The position numbers were made by a program, and so were the translations under genes. A stretch of 64,000 bases of DNA from the NCBI GenBank assembly GCA_000004985.1, contig GG738899.1; one strand, 5' to 3'. Below the pieces are notes generated by a model that was given only the letters and a program-made list of their open reading frames with translations, had not been told where the DNA came from and made no database searches. The stretch comes from Naegleria gruberi (Eukaryota). Position 1 is the stretch's first letter; every line of letters starts with the position of its first letter. Below are positions 11,610-23,500 of this stretch, piece by piece.

Positions 11610-12344
11610 TTAATTACTCTTAATAATTCCATCAATCATTGAAATCCAATCAGCAGCAGTGAAATCATATCCATTGAAAACATTAACACCATTAACAAAG
11701 AAGAATGGAGTTCCATACAATCCTCTTGAAGTAGCATAACCAAACATTGAAGCAGCTTGAGCAAATGATGATTGACTATTCATTTCACTCAAATATTGTT
11801 CATAACTAATCAATCCCAATGGTTGAACATAGGTAGCATAGATCAAGTTGAAAATTTGAGCTTGATTCATATTCTTCAAATTAGCATTTGAAGCAGGTGA
11901 TTGATTACTAAAGAATAAATCCAAAAACTTCCAACAAACATTTCTATCAGCCTTTGAAAACTTGGAAACAATCGAATAGGTTTGAGCAGAATAAAATCCA
12001 GCAATATGCATTGGCAATGGCATCAAATGAAGACTAAAAACAACCTTATCTTGATTTCCAGAAGTTCCATTATTAAAATAATATTGAACAAGAGGCTTGG
12101 TAATACTTTGGAAATGTGTAGCACAATCAGGACAAGTCAAATCCAAGAACATTTCAAATTCAACAAGTGTATTCGGAGAGGAATTTCCAATAGTCCATGA
12201 ATTTTTCAAATTACTAATTCTTGGTCCGACTGGTGTAATGGCGAGTGATGATTGAGTAGAAAGGAATAAAATCATCATTACCATCATCACGATGGAAGCA
12301 AAAAGAGCGCGTGATGAGCGGGTGCTGCTGAGATGTTGAGACAT
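11610..12344 (-). CDS. DsbA-like thioredoxin-fold protein (Thioredoxin_4 / DSBA family, CPDC active site) with an N-terminal signal anchor
   Basis: Single 244-aa exon. Hydrophobic N-terminus IVMMVMMILFL. The motif EFEMFLDLTCPDCATHF matches the F-x-D-x-x-CPxC pattern of DsbA/Com1-type oxidoreductases. Confidence 0.55.
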   Translation of the reverse strand: MSQHLSSTRSSRALFASIVMMVMMILFLSTQSSLAITPVGPRISNLKNSWTIGNSSPNTLVEFEMFLDLTCPDCATHFQSITKPLVQYYFNNGTSGNQDKVVFSLHLMPLPMHIAGFYSAQTYSIVSKFSKADRNVCWKFLDLFFSNQSPASNANLKNMNQAQIFNLIYATYVQPLGLISYEQYLSEMNSQSSFAQAASMFGYATSRGLYGTPFFFVNGVNVFNGYDFTAADWISMIDGIIKSN

Positions 12345-12799
12345 TTTTTTTTGATGATTCTTCTCCGAACGGAGTTAAAACGGATCAGTTCAAATAGATT
12401 AATCTTTCAGAAAGAAGGAGATTCTGTCTTAATCTTTGACAATATTCGAATATGAACTGTTTCGATTAATTTTTATGAGAAATCTGAATATTAAATCATA
12501 CAAGAAATTGAGATTAATTGGATGAGTCAAACCCTTACTGTTCAACTATTCATAACCTTGAAACTGTCATTGTAACAAAAAACTGTAAGACTTTACAATA
12601 AGAGTGTTGTAAAGGAAACATTTCACATCACATCTGACATCAAACAATTTATTTGTGATTTTTGGCAAGTGTTTGCCATCCTCCTAATTAATAGGCATAC
12701 CCTATTTGTTGGTGCACTTCCGTATTCACATCAGTTCGATAATATTTATTTAAACTACCGCTTCTTTTATTAGAATCTCACAAAAAACAGAAAAAAAAT

Positions 12800-13475
12800 A
12801 TGCAAACTAAATCTTCCCTCCTCGTTTTATATTTCACACTAGTTGCAACTGTTTTGTGTGTTTTGACTTGTTCGGCTCAAGCTTCTATCAACTTGAACGT
12901 TCCAATGAAAACTCAAACTTTTCAGTCAACTTTCAAGTATCCTAGCGCTCAAGCTGCTTATCAAGTTTTGAAGACAACTGAAGTTATGTTCAGTTTGCAA
13001 CCTTATGTGTAGGTATTTGTTGTTAAATTGTTGTTTTTCTTATCAATTTATTCCGTAAATTAACAATTATTAATTTGACATTTTGACATTTAACAGATAT
13101 TATGTTCAAATTATTTCTCAAACTGATACCTCTCGTGAATTAGATTTTGCTGAGAAAATCCCAGTCTTCTTTGGTGTTTTCAATTATGATACTGGTAAAT
13201 TGAGAGCTGTCCAAGCTTTTGACAATTCTCAAAGATCCATCGTGTCAAATGTCCCATTCCCAGGTGGTTTAGGAACTTTGGTTGCTAATCTTTCATTCAC
13301 TGAATCTGCAGATGTCGACGAAAATGGCTTAAAGACAATTACTTGTAATGAAATTGTCAATGGTCAAGTTTTCTTGCTTGCTAAATTATTTGTTGAAGAT
13401 AGTGTTAAGAGTGCTCATACTCAATTGGTTGCTGATATTGCAAATTATTTCACTACTCATCCAGCTAGTGCTTAA
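12800..13475 (+). CDS. Small secreted protein of unknown function. Two exons: join(12800..13008,13097..13475)
   Basis: Signal peptide MQTKSSLLVLYFTLVATVLCVLTCSAQA. An 88-nt intron (GTAGGT at 13009, AACAG acceptor ending 13096) removes the in-frame TAG and joins ...SLQPY-V-YYVQIISQ... in frame with ORF 13083..13475. No recognised domain. Confidence 0.4.
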
Positions 13476-13589
13476 ATAAAAAGTTAACATTTTCCCGCCA
13501 ATTTACTAATTAGGACATTATTTCTCTTCATAGCAAGACTGGAAAATTGTTTTTTGGCTACCTGAAATCTGCGAAGTCAGTTTTTACCA

Positions 13590-13680
13590 GCTGATTATTT
13601 TTAGTCGCGAGTTTTTGATATGGTCTAGCTGGTTTTGACCATCCCAGCGCTGGGATGGTAAGCTTAAAAATTCTCCACCA
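13590..13680. repeat. Nested palindrome / cruciform-forming inverted repeat in a convergent 3'-3' intergenic region
   Basis: A perfect 20-bp palindrome ccatcccagcGCTGGGATGG is nested inside a second inverted repeat (ctagctggt ... accagctag). accagctg recurs upstream. Confidence 0.5.
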
Positions 13681-13756
13681 GCTAGTCTTGCTATGTCTTT
13701 AACTAAACAATGAGAATTTGCTAGTGGAATATGAAAATATTTAATGTAGTTTAAAC

Positions 13757-16700
13757 TTATTTAAAATATGGATATTTGAGTAATTGTCTAGCTTGTGGTC
13801 TTGTTGCGCTATCTTTACCAACCATTTCAATAACGAGTTCAATAAGCTCAGTTGAGTAAATATTTGGTTTTTGCATATTTTCTGTAAGGATTTGTTTAAC
13901 TTGAGAACTGTCTTTAGAAAAATGGAGATGACTGATGGCAGTTGTAGTGTCATGTGTCATTAATTGATAAATAGTTACACCCAAACTGTAAACATCTGTG
14001 TTAAAACCATAACTTGCTCCCAAACCTAGTTCTGGACTCTGTGAAAATTGTTAACTTTCGAATAGCAATATACTAAACTTACCAAAAACATTGGAGTTCC
14101 ACAATAACTGTTATTTGCAGAAAGTGAATTATCCCTCGCCAATCCGAAATCTGCCAAAACTACCTGAATGTAATCTTGAGTCAATTCCTTAATAAAAATA
14201 TTCGATTCCTTAACATCTCTGTGAATCAGTTTCTTCTCTTCATGAATATATTCTAAAGCATTCAACATTTGGAACAATACACTTTTCAACAAGGTTTCGG
14301 ATATTTGAACTTTAAGTAAACTTGTCAAATCTCCCTTGTCATAATATTCCATCTCAATAACCAATAATTCATTCTTATCAACGAACATGTCATTCACCTT
14401 AATAATATTTGGATGTGCCATGTTCAATAATTGTAAACCTTCTTTCATGAATTGGTTTAGTTCAGAATAGGATTGGAATTTGATAGCTTTTAGAGCTTTG
14501 AAAGAATTGGTTTTGACATCGAAAGCTCTAAAGACAGATCCGAAACCTCCACTTCCAATCTTTACCATGTCCTTGAAACGACTCAATGGATCAAAAGAAG
14601 AAGAACTTGAGCTAGTTCCATTTGTGGAAGACGAAACTGATTGGAATTCCATGGTTGGTCGGAAGAATATGGAAGCTTCAGATTCGGGAAAATCGGTTGC
14701 TGTTATATCATTCTTGGATTCTATCATTTCCAAGTTGAGGTTTTCATTTGATTTCTTTTTTTTCCTAAAATAGAAAATTAGAATGATAATCAAAATTACA
14801 ATAATGACAATTAATAGAAAGACTGAAAGGATGGGAACTAGAGTTGCTATCAGAACTACTTGAGTTTCTTGTTGCTTTGAACTTTCTGGTGAGATTCGTA
14901 ATTGAGAACATTCGTTTCCAGAATAGTTTAAAGTACAGTTACATTGATTAGGAGAAACACATTGTCCTCTTTCTATGCCATTACATGCATCACTTGAATT
15001 CTTACCATAACAAATTGGAAGGCAATTCTCAAAATTTGAAATGAAATATCCAGTTGGACAGTTGACTGAAATTTTGTAAACAGTTCTAGCATTTGCAAAA
15101 AATATTTCACCAGTAGATTCACTAACAACAATCGAATTAGGATTACTATAAAAAACCATAATAATATCAACCTTTCCTTCCTTGTTTAGTTTCTTCAATC
15201 TTCCATTCTCAGCAAAATAAACTATTCCATTAATATTCGAAACATAAAGTGTACTAACAGCCTGTTGAGGGATATAAACAGTCGTTACAATTCCATTGCT
15301 ATCAATTTTCCTTATACCAACCGTATCTACATAATAGATTGAATCGGATAAACTATCGTAGCTTAATGAAACAGCACTTGAAATGATAAAATCAGTTGCT
15401 AGGGATCCGTCTGAGGAACGAGTGCCTCCACCAGCTACTTTTGAAATGGTATTATTTGAGGCCAATCTTATCAAGATATTATCTGAAAAGAATAAATAAC
15501 CACCTTCCTTATATGGTACAATTAATTTTGGACGTGGAATGTCTGTTAATCGATTGTTGACAACAGAACTTCCAGATCCAAACAAATCAAACGTTATCGT
15601 ATCAGTGAATGCTCGTACAATACAACGACACTGGTAGAAATTCTTGAGAAAAGGTTTTCAGGCATAATTGAGTCAACTACCACAACACTGCCTTGGAGTT
15701 TGGCTAATTTTAAAAATGCATGGGGCAATCCGGAGTGCCCTGTCTGTAGGGTATTGTCATTGTATTGTTCTGTGATTTCCATAATCTGCAAAGATATATT
15801 GGTTTGCAACTTTAGTAATTCCTGAAATTCCAGAAAGTTTTGTTTTCCTATTGTCAAACTCTGAGTTGTAATAACCTCCCAAACAAGGACCAATCAGATT
15901 TTTAACTCCCTTGCTTTGTAGATTGTATTGGAGTACTAGATTTTCACTTTGACTATATAAAATTAAATTATTTCCTGACATGGCTAAATTGGCCGAAAGG
16001 TCAACAAATTGTGGATCTTCACCATTGTATTCTCTGTAAACAGCTCCATAACCAGCTATTGTACTTAGTTTAGATGTTGTGTCGTTATACTTTCTTATTA
16101 ATTGATTTCCAGAATCGCAAATAATAAGTGTTCCATTTTGGTCAACTGTAAACGCAGTTGGATATCTTAATTTGTTATCATCAAAACCTGGTACGGTTCC
16201 AATCTGCGTGTTGCCGGCATTAGTAAGGTATCCATCTTCTGAATTGGTGTAAAACGACATTCCCTTATAGCGTCCCATATTTGTTACCTTGTATGGAAAA
16301 GTTGTAAGATATTGGAAAATATTTTCTATTATGATTGCAACAGAATTACCATCTGTAACAAATATACTTGTTTGTGATTGAATAGTTTCTACATAGATTG
16401 AGGTTGGTGCCTTAAAAAGATAATCAATATTCGAAACTATTCCATTCGAAACTATTCTAATTCTTCTATTTCCAGTATCTGAAATATAGAGAATACCATT
16501 ATTGTAGAATAAACCATTTGGATTGTTAAGCTGACAATTTATGGCCAAACCTTCTCCATTATATCCAGCAGTTCCATTTCCAGCTACTCTATAAACAGTA
16601 TCTGAGCTAATATTATAACGAATTACTCTATGATTATTCGAATCTGATATATACAATGATTGATAACTACTATCCATTACCAATGATTGAGGAAAATTCA

Positions 16701-18009
16701 GTAAAGTCTTGGTTCCTGCCATTCCATCAATGTCCGATAAAAACCCCGCTAATCCGGAATCTGCCCCAACCACTATTTTCAAAGTTTTGGTAGAAATGTC
16801 CAATTTCAATACTCGATTTGCATAACTTTCACTCATATAAATATTTCCCTCCAAATCTACAGCAATTCCTCTACATGCTGTCAATAGTTGAGTTTCGGCC
16901 ATGTAGACGAAACCTTGTCCTAAAGATTGAATTCTTTCAGTATTTGGGGAGAAACCAGCAAAGTTGTGCACATAGTTTTGTTCAATCACTCTAATTTTTT
17001 GATTATTTTTTTCTAAAAAGTAAACATTTCCATCAGACGAAACTTCAATACTTGTTGGATTGTAAAGAAAAAATTCAGTATCAAAGTGTTGCATTCCATT
17101 TCCTGCAATTGTTGTGATAGAACCATCTGTTGTTATCTTTCTAATACGATTATTTGCAGAATCTGCAAAGTAAACTTCATTATTCGAAACTCTAATGGCC
17201 TGTGGATAGTTTAGTTTAGTTTCAGTAGCACGTTTTCCATCTACATCAAACCCACATCCATTGTATCCTGCAATTGTTTCCATTTGTCCATTAAAAACTC
17301 TTCTCAATTTGCAATTGAACGTGTCAGCAATATAAATTTCACCTGTAGTATTCGAAACATGGACAGAATGTGGATAATTCAACATGGATAATGTTGCCAC
17401 ACCATCCGAATAACCAGCAGTTCCATTTCCAGCAATTGTCGTAATATTATTCGTAACAAACGAAAGCTTTCGAATAATATGATTTTCTTCTTCAACAAAA
17501 TACAATTCTCCACCATTTCTCTCAACTACAAATAAACCTCTTGGATTTTTCAAATTTGTTACCAATGCATTTCCATCTCCATTCCAAGAATCAACAAAAG
17601 TTCCAGCAACAATTGTTACCTTACTCAACAGATCGGAAGTAAAATTAAAAATTTGCTTTCCAGTCGAAACATAGATCGTATCCAGGGAGCTGCCACTCAT
17701 TCGTATTGAAGTAATTGCACGGTAGTCATTTCCGTTTCTTGTTGAAATGACAGTTTGACTAGTGACATTTATGGCGGTCAATTGGGAATCGTGAAGAACA
17801 TAAAGTGTGTCAATGCCATTGAAGGACATGTCAAGGGGTTGATAGAGTTTCAAGTTTCTGGCATGTTGGGATTGTCCAATAAATTTGGAGAGTTTATATT
17901 CGAGGGGAAGATTTTGGCCTTGTGTAAAAATTGGCAGCAATAATAAAAATGTCAAAGTCACTACACAAAATATCAGATAATTTGGCAAGTGACAGATGGC
18001 GTGTAACAT
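13757..18009 (-). CDS. NHL-repeat receptor Ser/Thr(/Tyr) protein kinase: signal peptide, about 20 NHL repeats, two EGF-like modules, TM helix, canonical kinase domain. The gene model is interrupted by two frameshifts at about 15590-15760 (possible pseudogene or assembly error)
   Basis: ATG at 18009 gives signal peptide MLHAICHLPNYLIFCVVTLTFLLLLPIFTQG. ORF 15757..18141 is wall-to-wall NHL repeats and ends ...ADYGNHRTIQ followed by TGA. Skipping one nt after that stop gives an NHL-like +1 frame (DNTLQTGHSGLPHAFLKLAKLQGSVVVVDS...). A second shift enters ORF 14026..15585 (more NHL, EGF CxCxxxYSGNEC, TM VVLIATLVPILSVFLLIVIIVILIIILIF, kinase with HRDVKESN, DFGLA). A 44-nt intron at 14039..14082 (GTAAGT...CACAG) joins GTPMFL|SPELGLGASYGFNTDVYSLG. 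There is no GT dinucleotide around the first shift, so it cannot be an intron. Confidence 0.5.
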
Positions 18010-18162
18010 GCTGAATTTTTTTTTGTTGGTTTGGAGTGTGACTCCGCCCTTTCCAGACTGAAATCTTTCAAAGGTTCCAACAAGACACTTCAATCTCTTT
18101 AAGCTTCTAAAAAGAGAAATTAATCGAATTTGTAATTTCACAAAAAATTCAAAAAAAATGAA

Positions 18163-20274
18163 ATGATCGTTGGTGGCGCCTTAAAAGGTCTCGGAATGAT
18201 TTTTCCCGCCAATTTGGAGCATATCGTAAATGAGGAGAATGAAGAGGAATTTATTTTGATTCGGAAGGGATTTGATAATAGAAAACAAGTTGCTTTAATT
18301 TCTGGTTAGTAACATATTCATTTGTTGGATTTGGATATATAAATTGGTGATACTATTTAATTTTATTATTTGATGATTTGATGAATTTAATTTGATTTTA
18401 ATATTATTGATGGTGATGAACAAATATGAAAAGGAGGAGGATCTGGACATTCACCATCACATGAAGGATTTGTTGCAAAAGGAATGCTCACAGCTGCTGT
18501 TTTGGGAGCTGTTTTTACTTCTCCGAGTGTTTTGCAAATCTTCAAGGCAATCACTGCTGTTACAAGCAGGAGACGAGTTGATGAAGAAGGAAAGGGATGC
18601 TTGTTGATTGTGAAGAATTATACAGGAGATATATTGAATTTTAGATTGGCTAGAGAAATGGCCATTCAAGATGGATATAATGTGGAGATGATTATTGTGG
18701 GAGATGGTATGTTGTTTGAATATATATGTGAAGATTGTAAAGTTTTTGAATGATTAGATGTTACTCATCAGAGAGGAGTTGCTGGAACTGTTTTTATTCA
18801 TAAATTGTGTGGAGCTATGGCTGAGAGAGGTGATTCATTGAGTGAGATTTTTGAGTTTATGAAATCAAAATTAAAAATCACATCGGAACAAGTATTGAAT
18901 AATGGAAATGAATCATTTATTAGGAGTATTGGAATTGGATTGAATAGTATTTCAATGCCAGGTAATTCGGAACCACTCTATGAATTGAGTGACAGCGATC
19001 CTGTCTATGAGCTCGGCTTGGGAATTCATGGAGAGAAGGGCGTTTGCAGACTTACATTTTCTCCAACTAATCCAGTCACTGAAATTTCCAACACAATGAT
19101 TGAACATTTATTACCAAAGGAATTCAGTGCCGAGAATCTCAAATTTGCTCTCATGATTAATAATTTAGGATCTACCACCTTGTTGGAAATGTACAATATT
19201 GCAAGGGTGGTAATTACCTTATTGGAAAATCAAAACATTTCTATTGAGAGAGTGTATGTTGGAACATTCATGACTGCTCTGAATATGCATGGATTCTCTC
19301 TCAGCTTGCTTAATTTAGCTCAAAACTCTGAACAATTATTAGAACTCTTGGACACTCCAACAGAGTCAATGTTTTGGCCAACTAGTTTGAATCTCTCCAA
19401 AAAATCAAACAATTCTTCGAGAACTAGTCACTCAACTGGAGGTATTAAACTGTCCCCTCAAATAGGAATAACAGCCACAACAAAATCCATCATATCTACT
19501 GAGGAAAATTCACAAGTAGAAAAATTCCTCTCACTCACAGGGGTCGTTTGTGATTTTATCTTGACAAGAATTAAAGAATATAATTCTTTGGACAGTGAAG
19601 TTGGAGATGGGGATTGCGGGAGTGCCATTGAAAGGTATGTACAAAATATCACATTATGTAATTATATAATTTATAACTATTTTATATATTTGGAATATTT
19701 TAGAGCTTGTGAATCAATTCAACAACACATCCTCAAAAAACAAGATTTGAAAATGACACTTGCCGAATTGGTTTATCAAATTGGAATTTGTGTTCAAAAT
19801 AGTGGAGGTAGTTCAGGAGCTATTATTTCCATGTTCTTTTTAAGATATTCCAAATCATTGAAAACGAATTCATTCGATCACAAGAAGGCATTCATTGAGG
19901 GAGTGCACGGAATGATGGAATTGGGTGATTCAAAGAAGGGAGACAGAACAATGCTCGATACTCTCATTCCAGTCAGTGAATATTTACAGGAACAAGAAGA
20001 ATCTATCGATGTGGAAACCATTGTTAAAGTTGCAAATGAAGGAATGGATAGTACAAAATCAATGCTTGCCAAAAGGGGTAGATCTCGTTATCTTGGAGAC
20101 AGAGTTTTAGGATTCTTAGATCCTGGTGCACTTTGCATGTTTGATATTGTCAAAATTTGGTCATTGTGGATGTTAGATAAATCACGGGTGGCTAACTCTA
20201 GCGATTTTTTTCGTGAAGTCTCCGACCCACGAGTTTTTTTTGCCACAGTAAATATTACAAGTTGTACTATTTGA
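18163..20274 (+). CDS. Dihydroxyacetone kinase / triokinase (DhaK + DhaL domains). join(18163..18304,18434..18741,18772..19634,19704..20274). The 3' end runs into the transposon, whose TIR supplies a 30-aa C-terminal extension
   Basis: Exon 1 is [15 protein letters not shown]...[10 protein letters not shown] 129-nt intron (GTTAGT...AAAAG) leads to [34 protein letters not shown] is the DhaK signature. A putative 30-nt intron (18742..18771, GTTTTT...ATCAG) removes an in-frame TGA and gives the same length between GDG and RGVAGT as in human TKFC. A 69-nt intron (GTATGT...TTTTAG) lies inside the DhaL domain, which carries GDGDCG. The reading frame reaches its stop only at 20272..20274, inside the element. 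Confidence 0.75.
20175..20182. repeat. Target-site duplication, left copy (AGATAAAT)
   Basis: Identical 8-mer immediately outside both TIR ends. Confidence 0.75.
20183..20241. repeat. Left terminal inverted repeat of the transposon
   Basis: CACGGGTGGCTAACTctagcgattttttttcgtgaagtctccgaCCCACGAGTTTTTttt. The capitalised blocks have reverse-complement partners at the right end. Confidence 0.7.
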
Positions 20275-20554
20275 ACCAATATACAATCAATAAATGTTTT
20301 GAAAATGTAAATAATCATATTTAAAGACTAGACTCTATCGTTTACCTGTTGACGAAAAATCTTGGGGTTTTATCAACCCCTAATAAAGAATTTGATGTGT
20401 GCAACAATCATAAAAATAAATATAACCATAAAAGGTATTGAAAAATGACTAACCGAGCTCAAAATCAAATATAACGAGTTTTATTCGAAATACTAATACA
20501 AAAATTGGTAAGTACCTTTCTTCTTACTTCAATAACGAAATGTAAAATTTTGAA

Positions 20555-23500
20555 TTAAATATCTTGAGAGTTGATGATTTGAGAAGGTTGCGGTTCAATT
20601 TCAATTTCCTCAAATAAGCAATTATTGCACCATCTTTCAAATTTAACACATGAATCACAAATAAGAGATCCACAATCATGACATCTACGTACTGACTGAG
20701 TTCTGAAGTGACATGATTCACAGACAAATTGAGGGAAATGAGTGGAACAATTTTTACAAACTCCTTGAAATTCACATAAATTACAAATCTCCACTCCACA
20801 TTGATTACACTCATCAAGTGATTTTGTGTATCCTAAACAAATGTGGCATGGATAAATTGGATAGAAAAGTTCTGTAAAACAATCTATGCAATATAATTGA
20901 TGCCAACATGAATCACAAAACAACCTGAAACAATCACCACACTTATTAATTCCTCTCTCATGTCTACAATAGTTGCAACCTTGTTGTTCACAAATATCTG
21001 GATCACATTTACAAGTATTTGGAAAGCAATATCGTTCATTCTTCTTACAGGAGCATTTAAGGTTTGAGCAACTGGTTGTACAACGGCATCCTGTTACCTT
21101 AGTAAGCTTGGATTCTGAATTTGATTTCTTTCTTTTTTTCTCAATATTTGAGGTTTTAGAGAATTCTTGAATATTCGAAATGGCTGTGTTAACATCATCA
21201 AAAAATTTGTTTAAAATATTAAATAATCCAATTACATCAAAGAATGCACAATGACAATCCGCAACATTTCCCACTTGGAAATGTTCAATTAACATTTCTT
21301 CTTTGAATGCAGTTCTTCCACTACTCTCTTTTTTTGGTAATTTGTGATGTAGATCTTTGTGGCTTTTCATTAATTTCAAGGAATCTACGAAAACTATATT
21401 TTCAAACTTTGATTCTCTTTTCGGATAAAACTCTTTCTTAAATACTTTGAAATCAAGTATCTCACCATTGTGCGCAATTAAGAAAGTTTTCCCTTTAGTA
21501 TTACTAATAAAATCAATAATAAAATCAAGCTCCTTTTCAATGATTGGTTTGTCTCTTACATAATTCAAATTGATTCCAGTAATCTTTGTTGAATGATATG
21601 AAATTGATTTTGTTGGATTTACTAATCCATAAATTGATTCACCTGTTGCCATATTTAAAAAGCAATATTCTGTTATTTTTGGTGGATCATCATTTGTCCA
21701 AAATCCTGTTGTTTCAAAATCAAACAGAATATATTTGTCATCTCCAAAATCATGTTGAAATGGAAGACCCTTATTGTGTGTGTACAAATCATCATTGAAT
21801 AAAATTCTGGAAGCTCGTGGGATTGGTTCTGAAGGTCTAATTTTTTGATCTACTATTGATTTATCAACAGTATTTGTAATAAGTGTTAATAAATTATCAC
21901 TGTCCAATAGGTTGGAAGAATCTGACTGTTTGATTGATTTCAATAAAGCTTCAATCATTGACTGCTTTCCCTCTGAAAATGAATAATTATGAACGTTCAT
22001 TACATGTTTCAAAAATGATTTCAATCTCACAAAAGGTTGATTACATTCTTTACAAAGAATGTAAATATTATTCATGATGTTTTTTGAGTCAATGTTCGGT
22101 GGATTTTTACACATGAATTCTCGTATGAGCATAGTGTTTCTTTGAGGTTCAAATCCTTCTACAGCATCCAATATATAATCGAACATTTCAGTAAAACTAT
22201 TTTCTTTCTCTAATATTTGATCTTCTTCTTCCTCTGTAAGTTTTTTCTTATTCTTCTTCTTATACTTCTTTCTAGTTAATTCCTCATACTCCAATTCCAA
22301 ATCTATTTTTCCATAACAATTCGAATAACTCTCATTTCTCAAAACAAATGGTCCGTCACTTAGTTTTGCTTTTAACACTAACCAAACAGATCTATAACAG
22401 GAACAATAATCCATAAATGTTGGATATCTAATTTTGGATCTAACAATGCTGAAACAATGTTCTACCATTAATGTAGATAAGCTACAAGTACATAGCTCAA
22501 TTGTTGGAAATCTTGTCTTAAGCTCCTTTAAGGATTTTAATGTAATTATAATATGATCAAATAATTCATTATTTAAAGAAATATCGTTTGATTTTTGCCA
22601 TGGATTAATAAATTGAAAAACAGAGTCTAACAGAATCTCTTTTGCTTCCCAACAATAATCATTTTTGAAAATATAATAAATATCCTGCATTAGTTTTAAA
22701 TATTTAGAGACTGTTTGACAAGTAGTATTTTTTGATTTGGCCAAACCATCAATTAAATTAGTTTCTAATAATGCAAATACGGGATCCATAGCCATTTTGT
22801 CAGTAGGATAAATCACAGAATTAGGTAGCCAATCAGTTAAATTTGATTCAGATTTGGCAATCAATAACGTCTCAATTGAAAATGAAATGCCATCTATAGT
22901 CATGGTTTCATTTAGTAATCTATTTCGTAATCGTTTTAGTAGATGAGAGTAATCAAAGAAGTGAACAGTATTGGGAAATATTTTTTGTGTTTGGAAAAAT
23001 GTTAAATTTCCAGTCAATCCATCGCTACTGAAACCTACAACTTGGAAAGAATAATTATTTAACTGAATTCTTTCAAACTGTTCCTTAATCTTTTTTACTT
23101 GATCTTCCAAAAAATCTGCATGACTTGATTTTGTACAACCTGCAAACATTAAAGGGAAAGAAACACTTCCATCAATTGTAGTAGCAAAGAATTGGCAAAT
23201 GTGAGAAGCAATTTGGGAAGGTACAATTTCTTCTTTAGATTTGTATAGCTGATCAAAATCTTTTTCATTATAATCTGCAAATCCTATAACTTTTCCAGAA
23301 TCTTTAAGAACACATAACCCTCCTCTTATTTCTATTTCATCATATGAAATTATTATATTATTCGTAACTTTCTTTTTCTGTATAGATTTCAATAAAGATT
23401 GCAAATCTAAATCAGAGGTTTGCCCTGTAGATAATTTGGGAAGATAAGATTTCACTGTTGCTAGAGATGGAAGTAATAAATTCACTTCATCAAGGGCTGT

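Noticed and set aside
13600-13680. tRNA-like string GGTCTAGCTGGTT...CCCAGCGCTGGGA
   Set aside because: It cannot be folded into a cloverleaf (no T-loop GTTCRANYC, no anticodon arm). It is a palindrome/foldback, reported as a repeat instead.
14480-15170. Plus-strand ORFs antisense to the receptor kinase gene (97 and 65 aa)
   Set aside because: They are antisense shadows of a strongly supported minus-strand kinase/TM exon.
18742-18771. TGA in the Dak gene read as a selenocysteine or readthrough codon
   Set aside because: There is no SECIS-like context. A 30-nt GT...AG intron gives exactly the conserved motif spacing, which is the simpler explanation. It remains flagged as low-moderate confidence.
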